A stretch of 64,000 nucleotides of DNA from positions 318,485 to 382,484 of the forward strand of contig JAEWJT010000004.1 of assembly GCA_023386345.1 (NCBI GenBank). The letters run 5' to 3'. Shown one piece after another: positions 56,278 to 64,000 of the stretch (the stretch's first letter is position 1; each line of letters opens with the position of its first letter). The notes under the pieces were generated by a model. The model searched no databases. It saw only the letters and a list, made by a program, of their open reading frames with translations, and was not told the origin of the DNA. Source of the stretch: Bacillota bacterium. GTDB taxonomy: Bacteria > Bacillota > Clostridia > Tissierellales > Sedimentibacteraceae. The position numbers and the translations under genes were made by a program.

Positions 56278-57258
56278 CAATTTAATAGTAAATTAATGAA
56301 TGAACTTTCAGATATAATCTCACCATCAGGTAGAGAGAAAAATGTTCGTGAATATATAGAAAAACAAATCAAGGATTATGTAGATGAGATAAATGTTGAC
56401 TCTCTTGGAAACCTAATTGCTCATAAAAAAGGTACTGGCAAAAAAATCATGTTTTCAGCACACATGGATCAAATAGGTTTACTTATAAATGACATAGATG
56501 AAAAAGGCTTTATAAGATTTAGTGCAGTTGGTGGACTAAGCCCTCATAAGCTTCTTGATCAAAGAGTAATCTTTAATAATGGAACTCAAGGTGTTGTATG
56601 CCTTGAAAAAATAGATGATTATGGAAAAATGAAGATTAGTGATTTGTATTTGGATATCATGGAATTAACAAAAGAAGAAGCAGAAAAACACGTTAACATA
56701 GGTGATATGTGTGTTGTAAAAACAAATTACTATGAAAATGATGGATTTGTTATGTGTAATGCTTTAGATGACAGAATAGGTTGTTATGTATTAATAGAAG
56801 CTTTAAGAGCAGGAATAGAGTCAAATAATGATTTGTATTTTGTATTCTCTGTTCAGGAAGAGGTTGGGTGTAGAGGAGCAAAAACAGCAGGTTATGCAAT
56901 AAATCCAGACCTTTGTATAGCACTTGATGTTACAGCAACTGGAGATACGTTGAGTGGAATAAAAATGGCTGTAAAACTTAATAATGGTGCGGCAATAAAA
57001 CTTAGAGATAATTCTATTATAGTTTCTGAAGAAGTTAAAAATCTTATGACTAACTTAGCTAAAGAAAATAATATCAAATATCAATATGAAGTACTAGACT
57101 TTGGCGGAACTGATTCAGGAGCTGTTCATACAGTAAGAGAGGGAGTTCCAAGCGGAGTTATATCAATACCAAGTAGAAATATCCACTCTGGAAATGAAAT
57201 AGTAAGTAAATTCGATGTAAATGAGTGCGTTAAGCTTACAATAGCTTGCAGTAAATAA
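56275..57258 (+). CDS. M42-family metallo-aminopeptidase, paralog 3
   Basis: AHMDQIGLLI, NALDDRIGC, QEEVGCRGA, RNIHS motifs. An in-frame ATG at 56263 is also possible. Confidence 0.92.
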   Translation: MQFNSKLMNELSDIISPSGREKNVREYIEKQIKDYVDEINVDSLGNLIAHKKGTGKKIMFSAHMDQIGLLINDIDEKGFIRFSAVGGLSPHKLLDQRVIFNNGTQGVVCLEKIDDYGKMKISDLYLDIMELTKEEAEKHVNIGDMCVVKTNYYENDGFVMCNALDDRIGCYVLIEALRAGIESNNDLYFVFSVQEEVGCRGAKTAGYAINPDLCIALDVTATGDTLSGIKMAVKLNNGAAIKLRDNSIIVSEEVKNLMTNLAKENNIKYQYEVLDFGGTDSGAVHTVREGVPSGVISIPSRNIHSGNEIVSKFDVNECVKLTIACSK

Positions 57259-57283
57259 TTAAATAATTTTCTGTAAAGACAAG

Positions 57284-57318
57284 GACAAAGACAAGGGAAA
57301 TTTCTCTTGTCTTTTGTC
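57284..57318 (+). terminator. 14-bp stem-loop after the third M42 gene (terminator or mRNA end-stabiliser; no clean T-run)
   Basis: GACAAAGACAAGGG-aaattt-CTCTTGTCTTTTGTC with one bulge and one G.U pair. Confidence 0.4.
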
Positions 57319-57372
57319 ACCATAGATTCTCTCTTGTTTTACTCTAATTTTGAGAAAGGAAGGATAATTATA

Positions 57373-58077
57373 ATGAAAAATAGTAAAGATATTACATTGG
57401 AAAAAATATTGTCTTGTGTTGACCATACACTTCTTCTGCAAACTTCCACATGGGAAGAAATAAAAGAAATTTTAGACGATGCTATAAAATATAAATGTGC
57501 ATCAGCATGTATACCTGCAAGCTTTGTAAAAAGAGCTAAGGAGTATGCGGGCAATAATTTACAAATATGCACAGTAATAGGCTTCCCAAATGGATATAGC
57601 ACAAGCAGTGTTAAGGTATTTGAAACAAAGGATGCAATAGCTTCTGGTGCAGATGAAATAGATATGGTCATTAATATTGGAGACTTAAAGGATAAAAGAT
57701 ATGATGAGATATTAAATGAAATAAAACTCATTAAAGAAGCATGCAATGGTAAGATATTAAAGGTAATAATAGAAACCTGCCTATTGACTGATGAAGAAAA
57801 GATAAAAATGTGTCAAATAGTTAGTGAAGCAAAAGCTGACTATATAAAAACTTCAACAGGTTTTTCAAAAGCTGGTGCAACTAAAGAAGATGTTAAGCTA
57901 TTTAGTGAGAATATAGCTCCAGAAGTAAAAATAAAGGCCGCCGGAGGAATAAGCAGCTTAGATGATGCCATTGATTATATAAATTTAGGCTGTTCAAGAC
58001 TTGGAACAAGCAGAATTGTTAAAATAGTTAAAGCATCTGAGCAAAACAGCTCATCAAATTCTGAGTCAACATATTGA
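57373..58077 (+). CDS. deoC: deoxyribose-phosphate aldolase
   Basis: ATG 57373 follows GAAAGGAAGGA. VDHTLL, Schiff-base lysine context DYIKTSTGF, and KAAGGI. Confidence 0.95.
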   Translation: MKNSKDITLEKILSCVDHTLLLQTSTWEEIKEILDDAIKYKCASACIPASFVKRAKEYAGNNLQICTVIGFPNGYSTSSVKVFETKDAIASGADEIDMVINIGDLKDKRYDEILNEIKLIKEACNGKILKVIIETCLLTDEEKIKMCQIVSEAKADYIKTSTGFSKAGATKEDVKLFSENIAPEVKIKAAGGISSLDDAIDYINLGCSRLGTSRIVKIVKASEQNSSSNSESTY

Positions 58078-58129
58078 TTTAATACTGGATTATATAATAT
58101 ATATAGATTAATTTGTATTATTAAAATAA

Positions 58130-58158
58130 TTGACAAATGGTATTTTTTGTATTATTAT
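58130..58158 (+). promoter_or_regulatory. sigmaA-type promoter for the BMP ABC-transporter operon
   Basis: TTGACA 58130-58135, 17-nt spacer, TATTAT 58153-58158. Confidence 0.55.
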
Positions 58159-58215
58159 ATAATTTACAACAGTACATAGTACTGTATAAACAATAAAATT
58201 GGAGGAACTTTAAAA

Positions 58216-59364
58216 ATGAAAAATTTTAAAAAGGTATTGTCAATAGCTCTAGCTTTTACAATGCTATTGGGAACTGGCTTGTTATTTACATCATGTGCTG
58301 GCAATAAGGCTGAAATTGCACTTATCACAGATAAAGGAAACATTGATGATAAGTCATTTAACCAAGGCTCATGGGAAGGTGTTCTTGAGTTTGCAAAAGC
58401 AAATAATATTTCACACAAATACTATAAACCAGAAGAACCTTCAGATGCAGGATATTTAGCATCTATAGAATTAGCTATCAAAGGCGGAGCAAAGGTAGTA
58501 GTTACTCCTGGATACTTATTTGAAGTTGCAGTTTATGAAGCCCAAGCAAAATATCCAGATGTAAAATTCATACTTCTTGATGGAGAACCTCATAGCCCAT
58601 ATCCTGAACCAAAATTTGAAACAAAATCAAATGTTGCAAGTGTTAAGTATGCAGAAGAGCAATCAGGATACCTAGCAGGATATGCTGCTGTTAAAGATGG
58701 ATATACTAAACTTGGATTTATGGGTGGTATGGCTGTTCCAGCAGTTCAAGCATTTGGATATGGATTCTTACAAGGTGCAGAAGCTGCGGCTAAAGAGTTA
58801 GGTGTAAGTGTTGAAGTGAAATATCACTACACTGGAAACTTTGAAGAAAATGATACAAATAAAGCAACTGCAAAAACAATGTACGAAGGTGGAACAGAAG
58901 TAATATTTGCGTGCGGAGGCTCTGTTGGTAAATCTGTTATGGCTGCTGCTGATGAAGCTAAAAAAGTTGTTATCGGTGTTGACGTTGACCAAAGATATGA
59001 TAGCGCAACAGTTATAACTTCTGCAGCTAAAGGTTTAGGAACTTCAGTTGTTCAAGTTTTAGAATCAATTTATAAAACAAATAACTTTGACACTGTTTTT
59101 GGTGGAACAACTACATATTTCAATGCGTCTAATGGTGGTGTAGGACTTCCTACAATAGTTATAGGTCAAAAAGACGGCAATGCTTTTGATCGTTTCAAGG
59201 CTTTCACTAAAGCTGATTATGATGTAGTATTTAATAAATTAGCTAAAGATGAAGTAAAACCTATTAGAACTATAAAAGTTACAGCTGAAACTGGTTATGC
59301 AACAGCTGACGAATTAGTTAAAGGTCTTGATTTGAGCAAAGTTTCTGTAACAACAGTACAATAG
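58216..59364 (+). CDS. BMP-family (PnrA/Med-like) nucleoside-binding lipoprotein of an ABC transporter
   Basis: Lipobox LFTSC. LITDKGNIDDKSFNQGSWEG and GGMAVPAVQAFGYGF are typical of the Bmp family. Confidence 0.9.
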   Translation: MKNFKKVLSIALAFTMLLGTGLLFTSCAGNKAEIALITDKGNIDDKSFNQGSWEGVLEFAKANNISHKYYKPEEPSDAGYLASIELAIKGGAKVVVTPGYLFEVAVYEAQAKYPDVKFILLDGEPHSPYPEPKFETKSNVASVKYAEEQSGYLAGYAAVKDGYTKLGFMGGMAVPAVQAFGYGFLQGAEAAAKELGVSVEVKYHYTGNFEENDTNKATAKTMYEGGTEVIFACGGSVGKSVMAAADEAKKVVIGVDVDQRYDSATVITSAAKGLGTSVVQVLESIYKTNNFDTVFGGTTTYFNASNGGVGLPTIVIGQKDGNAFDRFKAFTKADYDVVFNKLAKDEVKPIRTIKVTAETGYATADELVKGLDLSKVSVTTVQ

Positions 59365-59440
59365 AGATAGTTTTATAAACTTCGATAAGATATAAAACAT
59401 AAGTTAGAATTATTTTTAAATTAAAGTTTTCTACAAATAG

Positions 59441-59472
59441 AAAGGGAACAGGCGTTTGCCTTTCCCTTTTTT
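59441..59472 (+). terminator. intra-operon Rho-independent terminator/attenuator between binding-protein and ATPase genes
   Basis: AAAGGGAACAGGC-gttt-GCCTTTCCCTTT followed by a T-run. Confidence 0.75.
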
Positions 59473-59513
59473 ATTAATTTAAGCAAGGCTAATAATAAAT
59501 TATGGAGGTTAAG

Positions 59514-61073
59514 ATGGCGCAAGATTATATTATTGAAATGCTCCATATAACAAAGGAATTTCCAGGCATTATAGCAAATGACGATATTACCTTACAATTG
59601 AAAAAAGGTGAAATTCACGCTCTTTTAGGGGAAAATGGTGCTGGCAAGTCTACACTTATGAGTGTTCTGTTTGGTCTTTACCAGCCTGAGGTAGGTGAAA
59701 TTCACAAAAATGGAGAGCTTGTAAAGATTAATAATCCGAATGATGCAAATAATTTAGGTATAGGTATGGTACACCAGCACTTCAAGCTAGTGGAGATTTT
59801 TAGTGTTATAGAAAATATTATGTTGGGTGTAGAGCCTAATAAATATGGTTTTCTAATGAAAAAGCAAGCAAGAGATAAAATTGTAAAACTTAGTGAGCAA
59901 TATGGATTAAAAGTAGATCCAGATGCAATTATAGAAGATATAACAGTCGGCATGCAGCAACGTGTTGAGATACTTAAAATGCTATATAGAGATAATGAAA
60001 TTTTAATTTTTGATGAACCAACTGCTTCACTCACACCGCAGGAAATAAATGAATTGATGAAAATTATGAAAAAGCTTGCAAATGAAGGTAAATCAATATT
60101 ATTTATAACTCATAAGCTTAATGAAATAAAGGCTGTGTCTGATAGATGTACAGTGCTTAGAAAAGGAAAATATATAGGTACTGTAAATACCAATGAAACC
60201 TCAATTGAGGATCTGTCAGAAATGATGGTAGGAAGAAAGGTTGAATTTGCAGTTAAAAAGGAAAAAAGCAATCCTAAAGATGTTGTTTTAAATATAAATA
60301 ATTTAAGTGTTCCAAGTAAAATCCATAAAAACAATGCTGTAAAAGAGGTTTCTTTTAGTGTACGAGCTGGAGAAATCGTTTGTATAGCAGGAATTGATGG
60401 AAATGGACAAAGTGAACTTGTGTATGCTATAACAGGCTTAGAAAAGAATAATGGTGGGGATATTGAACTTTGTGGCAAAAATATTTCCAATTCTAGTATT
60501 AGAACTCGCAGCAAGCTTGGTATGAGCCATATACCAGAGGATAGGCATAAATTCGGTTTAGTTTTAGACTATTCCCTTGCTGAAAATATGGTATTGCAAA
60601 GATACTGGCAGCCAAAGTTTCAAAAAAATGGATTTTTGAAAAAAAGTGTTATTACTGAATATTCAGATAAATTAATTGAACAATATGATGTGAGAAGTGG
60701 ACAGGGTTCTAAAACTTCAGCAAGAAGCATGTCCGGCGGAAATCAACAAAAAGCTATCGTTGCTCGTGAGATAGATAGAGATCCAGAACTTTTAGTAGTT
60801 GTACAGCCTACACGTGGACTTGACGTAGGAGCTATTGAATATATACACAAGCAAATTGTTGCAGAAAGAGATGCAGGAGCGGCTGTTTTACTTGTTTCTC
60901 TTGAGCTTGATGAGGTCATGAACTTATCAGACAGAATACTCGTAATGTATGAAGGTGAGATTGTTGGTGAGTTTGAAGTAGACAAGGTAGATGAAAAAGA
61001 ATTAGGACTGTATATGTCTGGTGCTAAGAGAAATAAACCAAAGAGAGGAGAACGGGCAGATGAGATTAAGTGA
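59514..61073 (+). CDS. ABC transporter ATP-binding protein with duplicated ATPase domains (sugar/nucleoside type)
   Basis: ATG 59514 follows GGAGG. Walker A GENGAGKST. Signatures VGMQQRVEI and MSGGNQQK. Two Walker B motifs. Confidence 0.93.
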   Translation: MAQDYIIEMLHITKEFPGIIANDDITLQLKKGEIHALLGENGAGKSTLMSVLFGLYQPEVGEIHKNGELVKINNPNDANNLGIGMVHQHFKLVEIFSVIENIMLGVEPNKYGFLMKKQARDKIVKLSEQYGLKVDPDAIIEDITVGMQQRVEILKMLYRDNEILIFDEPTASLTPQEINELMKIMKKLANEGKSILFITHKLNEIKAVSDRCTVLRKGKYIGTVNTNETSIEDLSEMMVGRKVEFAVKKEKSNPKDVVLNINNLSVPSKIHKNNAVKEVSFSVRAGEIVCIAGIDGNGQSELVYAITGLEKNNGGDIELCGKNISNSSIRTRSKLGMSHIPEDRHKFGLVLDYSLAENMVLQRYWQPKFQKNGFLKKSVITEYSDKLIEQYDVRSGQGSKTSARSMSGGNQQKAIVAREIDRDPELLVVVQPTRGLDVGAIEYIHKQIVAERDAGAAVLLVSLELDEVMNLSDRILVMYEGEIVGEFEVDKVDEKELGLYMSGAKRNKPKRGERADEIK

Positions 61074-62172
61074 TGTTAAAAAAACTAAAGGATATAATGC
61101 TTTCATAGCCTCTCTATTAGCTATAGCTTTAGGACTTATCTTTGGTCTAATTGTAATGATTACCGCTAATCCATTAGAAGCCTTTCCAGCATTTGCAACT
61201 ATTTTATTTGCAGGATTTACTGATTTTGCTACAGTGCTGTATTTTGCAACTCCTATACTTATGACGGGGCTTGCAGTAGGCTTTGCATTCAAGATGGGTA
61301 TGTTTAATATAGGAGCTTCTGGTCAATACACAATGGGAATGTTCTTCGCTATGTATGTAGGCTTTATGTTTCCGATAAATAGTCCATTTCATTGGATATT
61401 GTGCATATTGGCAGGTATGATAGGTGGTATGCTTTGGGGTGCTATACCAGGTATATTTAAAGCATTTTTTAATGTTAATGAGGTTATAACTTCAATTATG
61501 TTTAACTATATAGGTATGTATTTAGTTGATATGGCTATCCAAGGGAATTCTAAGATGTATGTTCCAGATATGGCAAGAACAGCTTATTTACCAAAATCAG
61601 CACAGATTTTTTCCTTGGGAATTAAAGGCTCAAACTTGAATTTATCCATTATATTTGCGATAATAATAGCAATTATACTCTATGTAGTTTTAAACAAAAC
61701 CACATTTGGATATGAACTAAAAGCAACAGGATATAATAAGCATGCTAGTAATTATGCAGGAATGAATGGAAAAAGAAATATAATATTATCAATGATTATA
61801 GCAGGAGGCCTAGCTGGGCTTGGAGGTGCATTTGCGATACTTGCACCATCTACAATAACTGGAAGCAGTATGACATATGAACCAATTAATATAATTGCTG
61901 CCAACGGTTTTAATGGAATTGCTGTAGCACTTTTGGGAGTTTCAAATCCTATAGGTATTATTTTCTCAGCAAGTTTTATTTCTTTGCTTCAAAGAGGCGG
62001 CACTACTGCAAGCTTATATGGATTTAAGCCTGAAATTATTGACATAGTAATAGCCGTTATAATTTATTTCTCTGCATTTGCTACTCTTATGAGGGAAACA
62101 TTATCAAAATTTTTATCTGGAAAAAATAAAAAAGCAGAATTAAAAGCTGCATCAGTAAGGGAGGACAAATAA
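61060..62172 (+). CDS. ABC transporter permease (BMP-system, first)
   Basis: ATG 61060 follows GAGGAG and overlaps the ATPase stop. About 9 TM segments. Confidence 0.88.
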   Translation: MRLSDVKKTKGYNAFIASLLAIALGLIFGLIVMITANPLEAFPAFATILFAGFTDFATVLYFATPILMTGLAVGFAFKMGMFNIGASGQYTMGMFFAMYVGFMFPINSPFHWILCILAGMIGGMLWGAIPGIFKAFFNVNEVITSIMFNYIGMYLVDMAIQGNSKMYVPDMARTAYLPKSAQIFSLGIKGSNLNLSIIFAIIIAIILYVVLNKTTFGYELKATGYNKHASNYAGMNGKRNIILSMIIAGGLAGLGGAFAILAPSTITGSSMTYEPINIIAANGFNGIAVALLGVSNPIGIIFSASFISLLQRGGTTASLYGFKPEIIDIVIAVIIYFSAFATLMRETLSKFLSGKNKKAELKAASVREDK

Positions 62173-62173
62173 T

Positions 62174-63139
62174 ATGGATATTTTATATTTTTTAATTCAA
62201 GGTACTCTCCCTGTAATGGTTCCTTTACTATTAGTTGCCCTTGGCGGCATGTTTAGTGAAAGAAGTGGAATAATAAACATAGCTCTTGAAGGTATAATGC
62301 TGTTTGGTGCATTTTTTGGTGCCTTGACAGTATTGGGAATTCAAAATTTAGGATTAAACCCTCAAGTTGTTTTATTGATTGCCATGTTAGCATCTGCACT
62401 TGCTGGATTTATTTACTCACTTTTACTATCATATGCAGCGGTTAATATGAAAGCAGACCAGACTATAACAGGAACAGCTCTTAATATGCTTGTTCCGGCA
62501 GGAATATTGTTATTTTCTAAAATGAAATTTAACTCTGATGGTATAACAACATCAGTTAGATTTTTTATAGATGAAGTACCAGTTTTAGGACAGATACCAG
62601 TTATAGGAGATATGTTCTTCAAAAAAACATATCTTACGGTATATATAGCTTTTGCAATTCTAATAATTGTGACTATAATTTTCTATAAAACTAAATTTGG
62701 TCTTAGACTAAGAGCTTGCGGGGAACATCCACATGCTGCTGATAGCGTTGGTATAAATGTGTACAAAATGAGATATGCTGGAGTTGGTATTTCAGGTATT
62801 TTAGGTGGAATTGGAGGTTTCTTCTATGCAGTTGGAATTATGAGCGGTAATGCAAATGGTCATACTGGTGTTGCAGGCTTTGGTTTTTTAGCCTTGGCTG
62901 TTATGATATTCGGACAGTGGAAACCGATTAGAATATTATTTGCTGCATTATTCTTTGCATTTTTAAGAACTTTGGCGTACTCAATACCACTGATACCTTT
63001 CCTTAATAATTTAAAAATAAACAGCACATATTACAAAATGCTTCCATATGTGGCGACAATGGTTGTACTAGCATTTACATCTAAAAAATCGCGTGCACCA
63101 AAGGCAGAAGGTATACCTTACGATAAGAGTGTAAGATAA
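62174..63139 (+). CDS. ABC transporter permease (BMP-system, second)
   Basis: Starts 2 nt after the previous stop. Polytopic. GERSGIINIALEG motif. Confidence 0.88.
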   Translation: MDILYFLIQGTLPVMVPLLLVALGGMFSERSGIINIALEGIMLFGAFFGALTVLGIQNLGLNPQVVLLIAMLASALAGFIYSLLLSYAAVNMKADQTITGTALNMLVPAGILLFSKMKFNSDGITTSVRFFIDEVPVLGQIPVIGDMFFKKTYLTVYIAFAILIIVTIIFYKTKFGLRLRACGEHPHAADSVGINVYKMRYAGVGISGILGGIGGFFYAVGIMSGNANGHTGVAGFGFLALAVMIFGQWKPIRILFAALFFAFLRTLAYSIPLIPFLNNLKINSTYYKMLPYVATMVVLAFTSKKSRAPKAEGIPYDKSVR

Positions 63140-63204
63140 GAAGTGATATAAGTTTACATAATACTATTTATGACAACATAATAAATCACAATTGAAAAAT
63201 TTGT

Positions 63205-63241
63205 AAAAAAATCTTAAAATTATTGTTTTAAGGTTTTTTTT
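63205..63241 (+). terminator. Rho-independent terminator of the ABC operon
   Basis: TCTTAAAA-ttattg-TTTTAAGG stem within an A-run/T-run context. T8 run at 63233-63241. Confidence 0.6.
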
Positions 63242-63356
63242 ATGTTATTATATTAGTAGTAAAATTTGATTATATAATTTGTTATAAGATTGTTATTAGA
63301 ACATAAAATTATTAATTAAAATAATAAAATCAGTACATTATTAAGGGAGGCAAGCA

Positions 63357-64000
63357 TGAATTTAGTAACTATAACAGCACTTGGTGTTGGTGGTGCTACG
63401 GTTGTTGGAGCATTTATAGGTTTCTTCTTTAAAAATCTATCACACAAGTGGAATGACGCAATTTTAGGATTTGCGGCAGGAGTAATGTTGGCAACTGCAA
63501 TACAGGGTTTAATTTTACCATCAGCTGAATCTGTAGGTAAAAGTGGATTATGGATTACTGCTTTAGGAATCCTCGCAGGCGCTTACATTTTAAATATATT
63601 TGACAAATTAACTCCACATTTACATCATTTAACGGGCGTGGAAATGGAGGATCATCAAAATAACGCTTCTTTAAATAAAATTATGCTATTTGTTTTTGCT
63701 ATTGCAATACACAACTTGCCAGAGGGATTGGCAGCTGGGGTTAGCTTTGGCTCAGGCGATATGAAAAATGCAATTACTGTAGCACTTGGTATAGCTATAC
63801 AAAATATACCTGAGGGTATGGTGACTATATCGCCGATGATAATGAATGGAGTCAGTAAAAAAAGAGCATTTTTAATAGCGGCATTTACTGGCTTAATTGA
63901 AGTTGTAGGCACATTTATTGGATATTATTCAGCAATTATTTCTAAAGCAATATTGCCATTTGCCTTAGCATTTGCAGGTGGAACAATGCTATATGTAATA
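63357..64000 (+). CDS. ZIP-family divalent metal transporter (ZupT-like), 3' end outside the window
   Basis: ATG 63357 follows AAGGGAGG and the frame is open to the window edge. AIHNLPEGLA and AIQNIPEGM motifs. Not in the ORF track because it lacks a stop. Confidence 0.88.

Noticed and set aside
57281-57297. The short tandem repeat AAGACAAGG/ACAAAGACAAGG, considered as a microsatellite or regulatory direct repeat.
   Set aside because: There are only two imperfect copies, and they form the 5' arm of the 57284-57318 stem-loop. The hairpin explains them better.
63242-63356. A Zur/Fur-type operator upstream of the ZIP transporter gene.
   Set aside because: No convincing AT-rich palindrome resembling the Firmicute Zur box (TCGTAAT-n-ATTACGA) was found. 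There are only generic AT-rich repeats.

Overview
This is an AT-rich chromosomal core segment from an endospore-forming Firmicute of Clostridia type. I call 74 protein genes, 73 on the + strand and 1 on the - strand, plus RNase P RNA and a probable 6S RNA. Gene order follows well-known Bacillus/Clostridium housekeeping and sporulation blocks:
- (i) tcdA 3' end, 6S-like RNA, hinT, rpsU, yqeY, yqfC, yqfD, phoH, ybeY, a DUF3048 lipoprotein, cdd, era, recO.
- (ii) glyQS, ccpN, yqfL, a dGTPase-like HD protein, dnaG, sigA, trmK, rnpB.
- (iii) A membrane SGNH hydrolase plus an ECF sigma and RsiV-like anti-sigma pair.
- (iv) spoIIIAA-AH, asp23, nusB, xseAB, tlyA, argR, recN, spoIVB, spo0A.
- (v) nudF, spoIIM-like, xerD, deoB, pdp, a DD-carboxypeptidase, scpAB, ytfI/ytfJ-like, a second DD-carboxypeptidase.
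- (vi) A lone reverse-strand small basic protein, a DUF434/NYN-like protein, rluB, mnmM.
- (vii) korDABC, an RpiR regulator, aroH, cmk, plsC, ispH, rpsA.
- (viii) Three tandem M42 peptidases, deoC, a BMP-type nucleoside ABC transporter, and a partial ZIP transporter.

I see no mobile elements, CRISPR arrays, prophage, or defence or toxin islands, and no gene cluster I would call a new protein system. The unexplained signals are at the RNA and translation level:
- A conserved two-box leader is shared by glyQS, which lacks a recognisable T-box, and by the third M42 peptidase gene.
- A recurring family of short, GC-enriched stem-loops, many with triloops, sits in 5' UTRs and intercistronic spacers.
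- Two genes (ccpN, aroH) have conserved N-termini that can only be encoded from ATT start codons.

All identifications come from reading the sequence and from memory of protein families. No searches were run.
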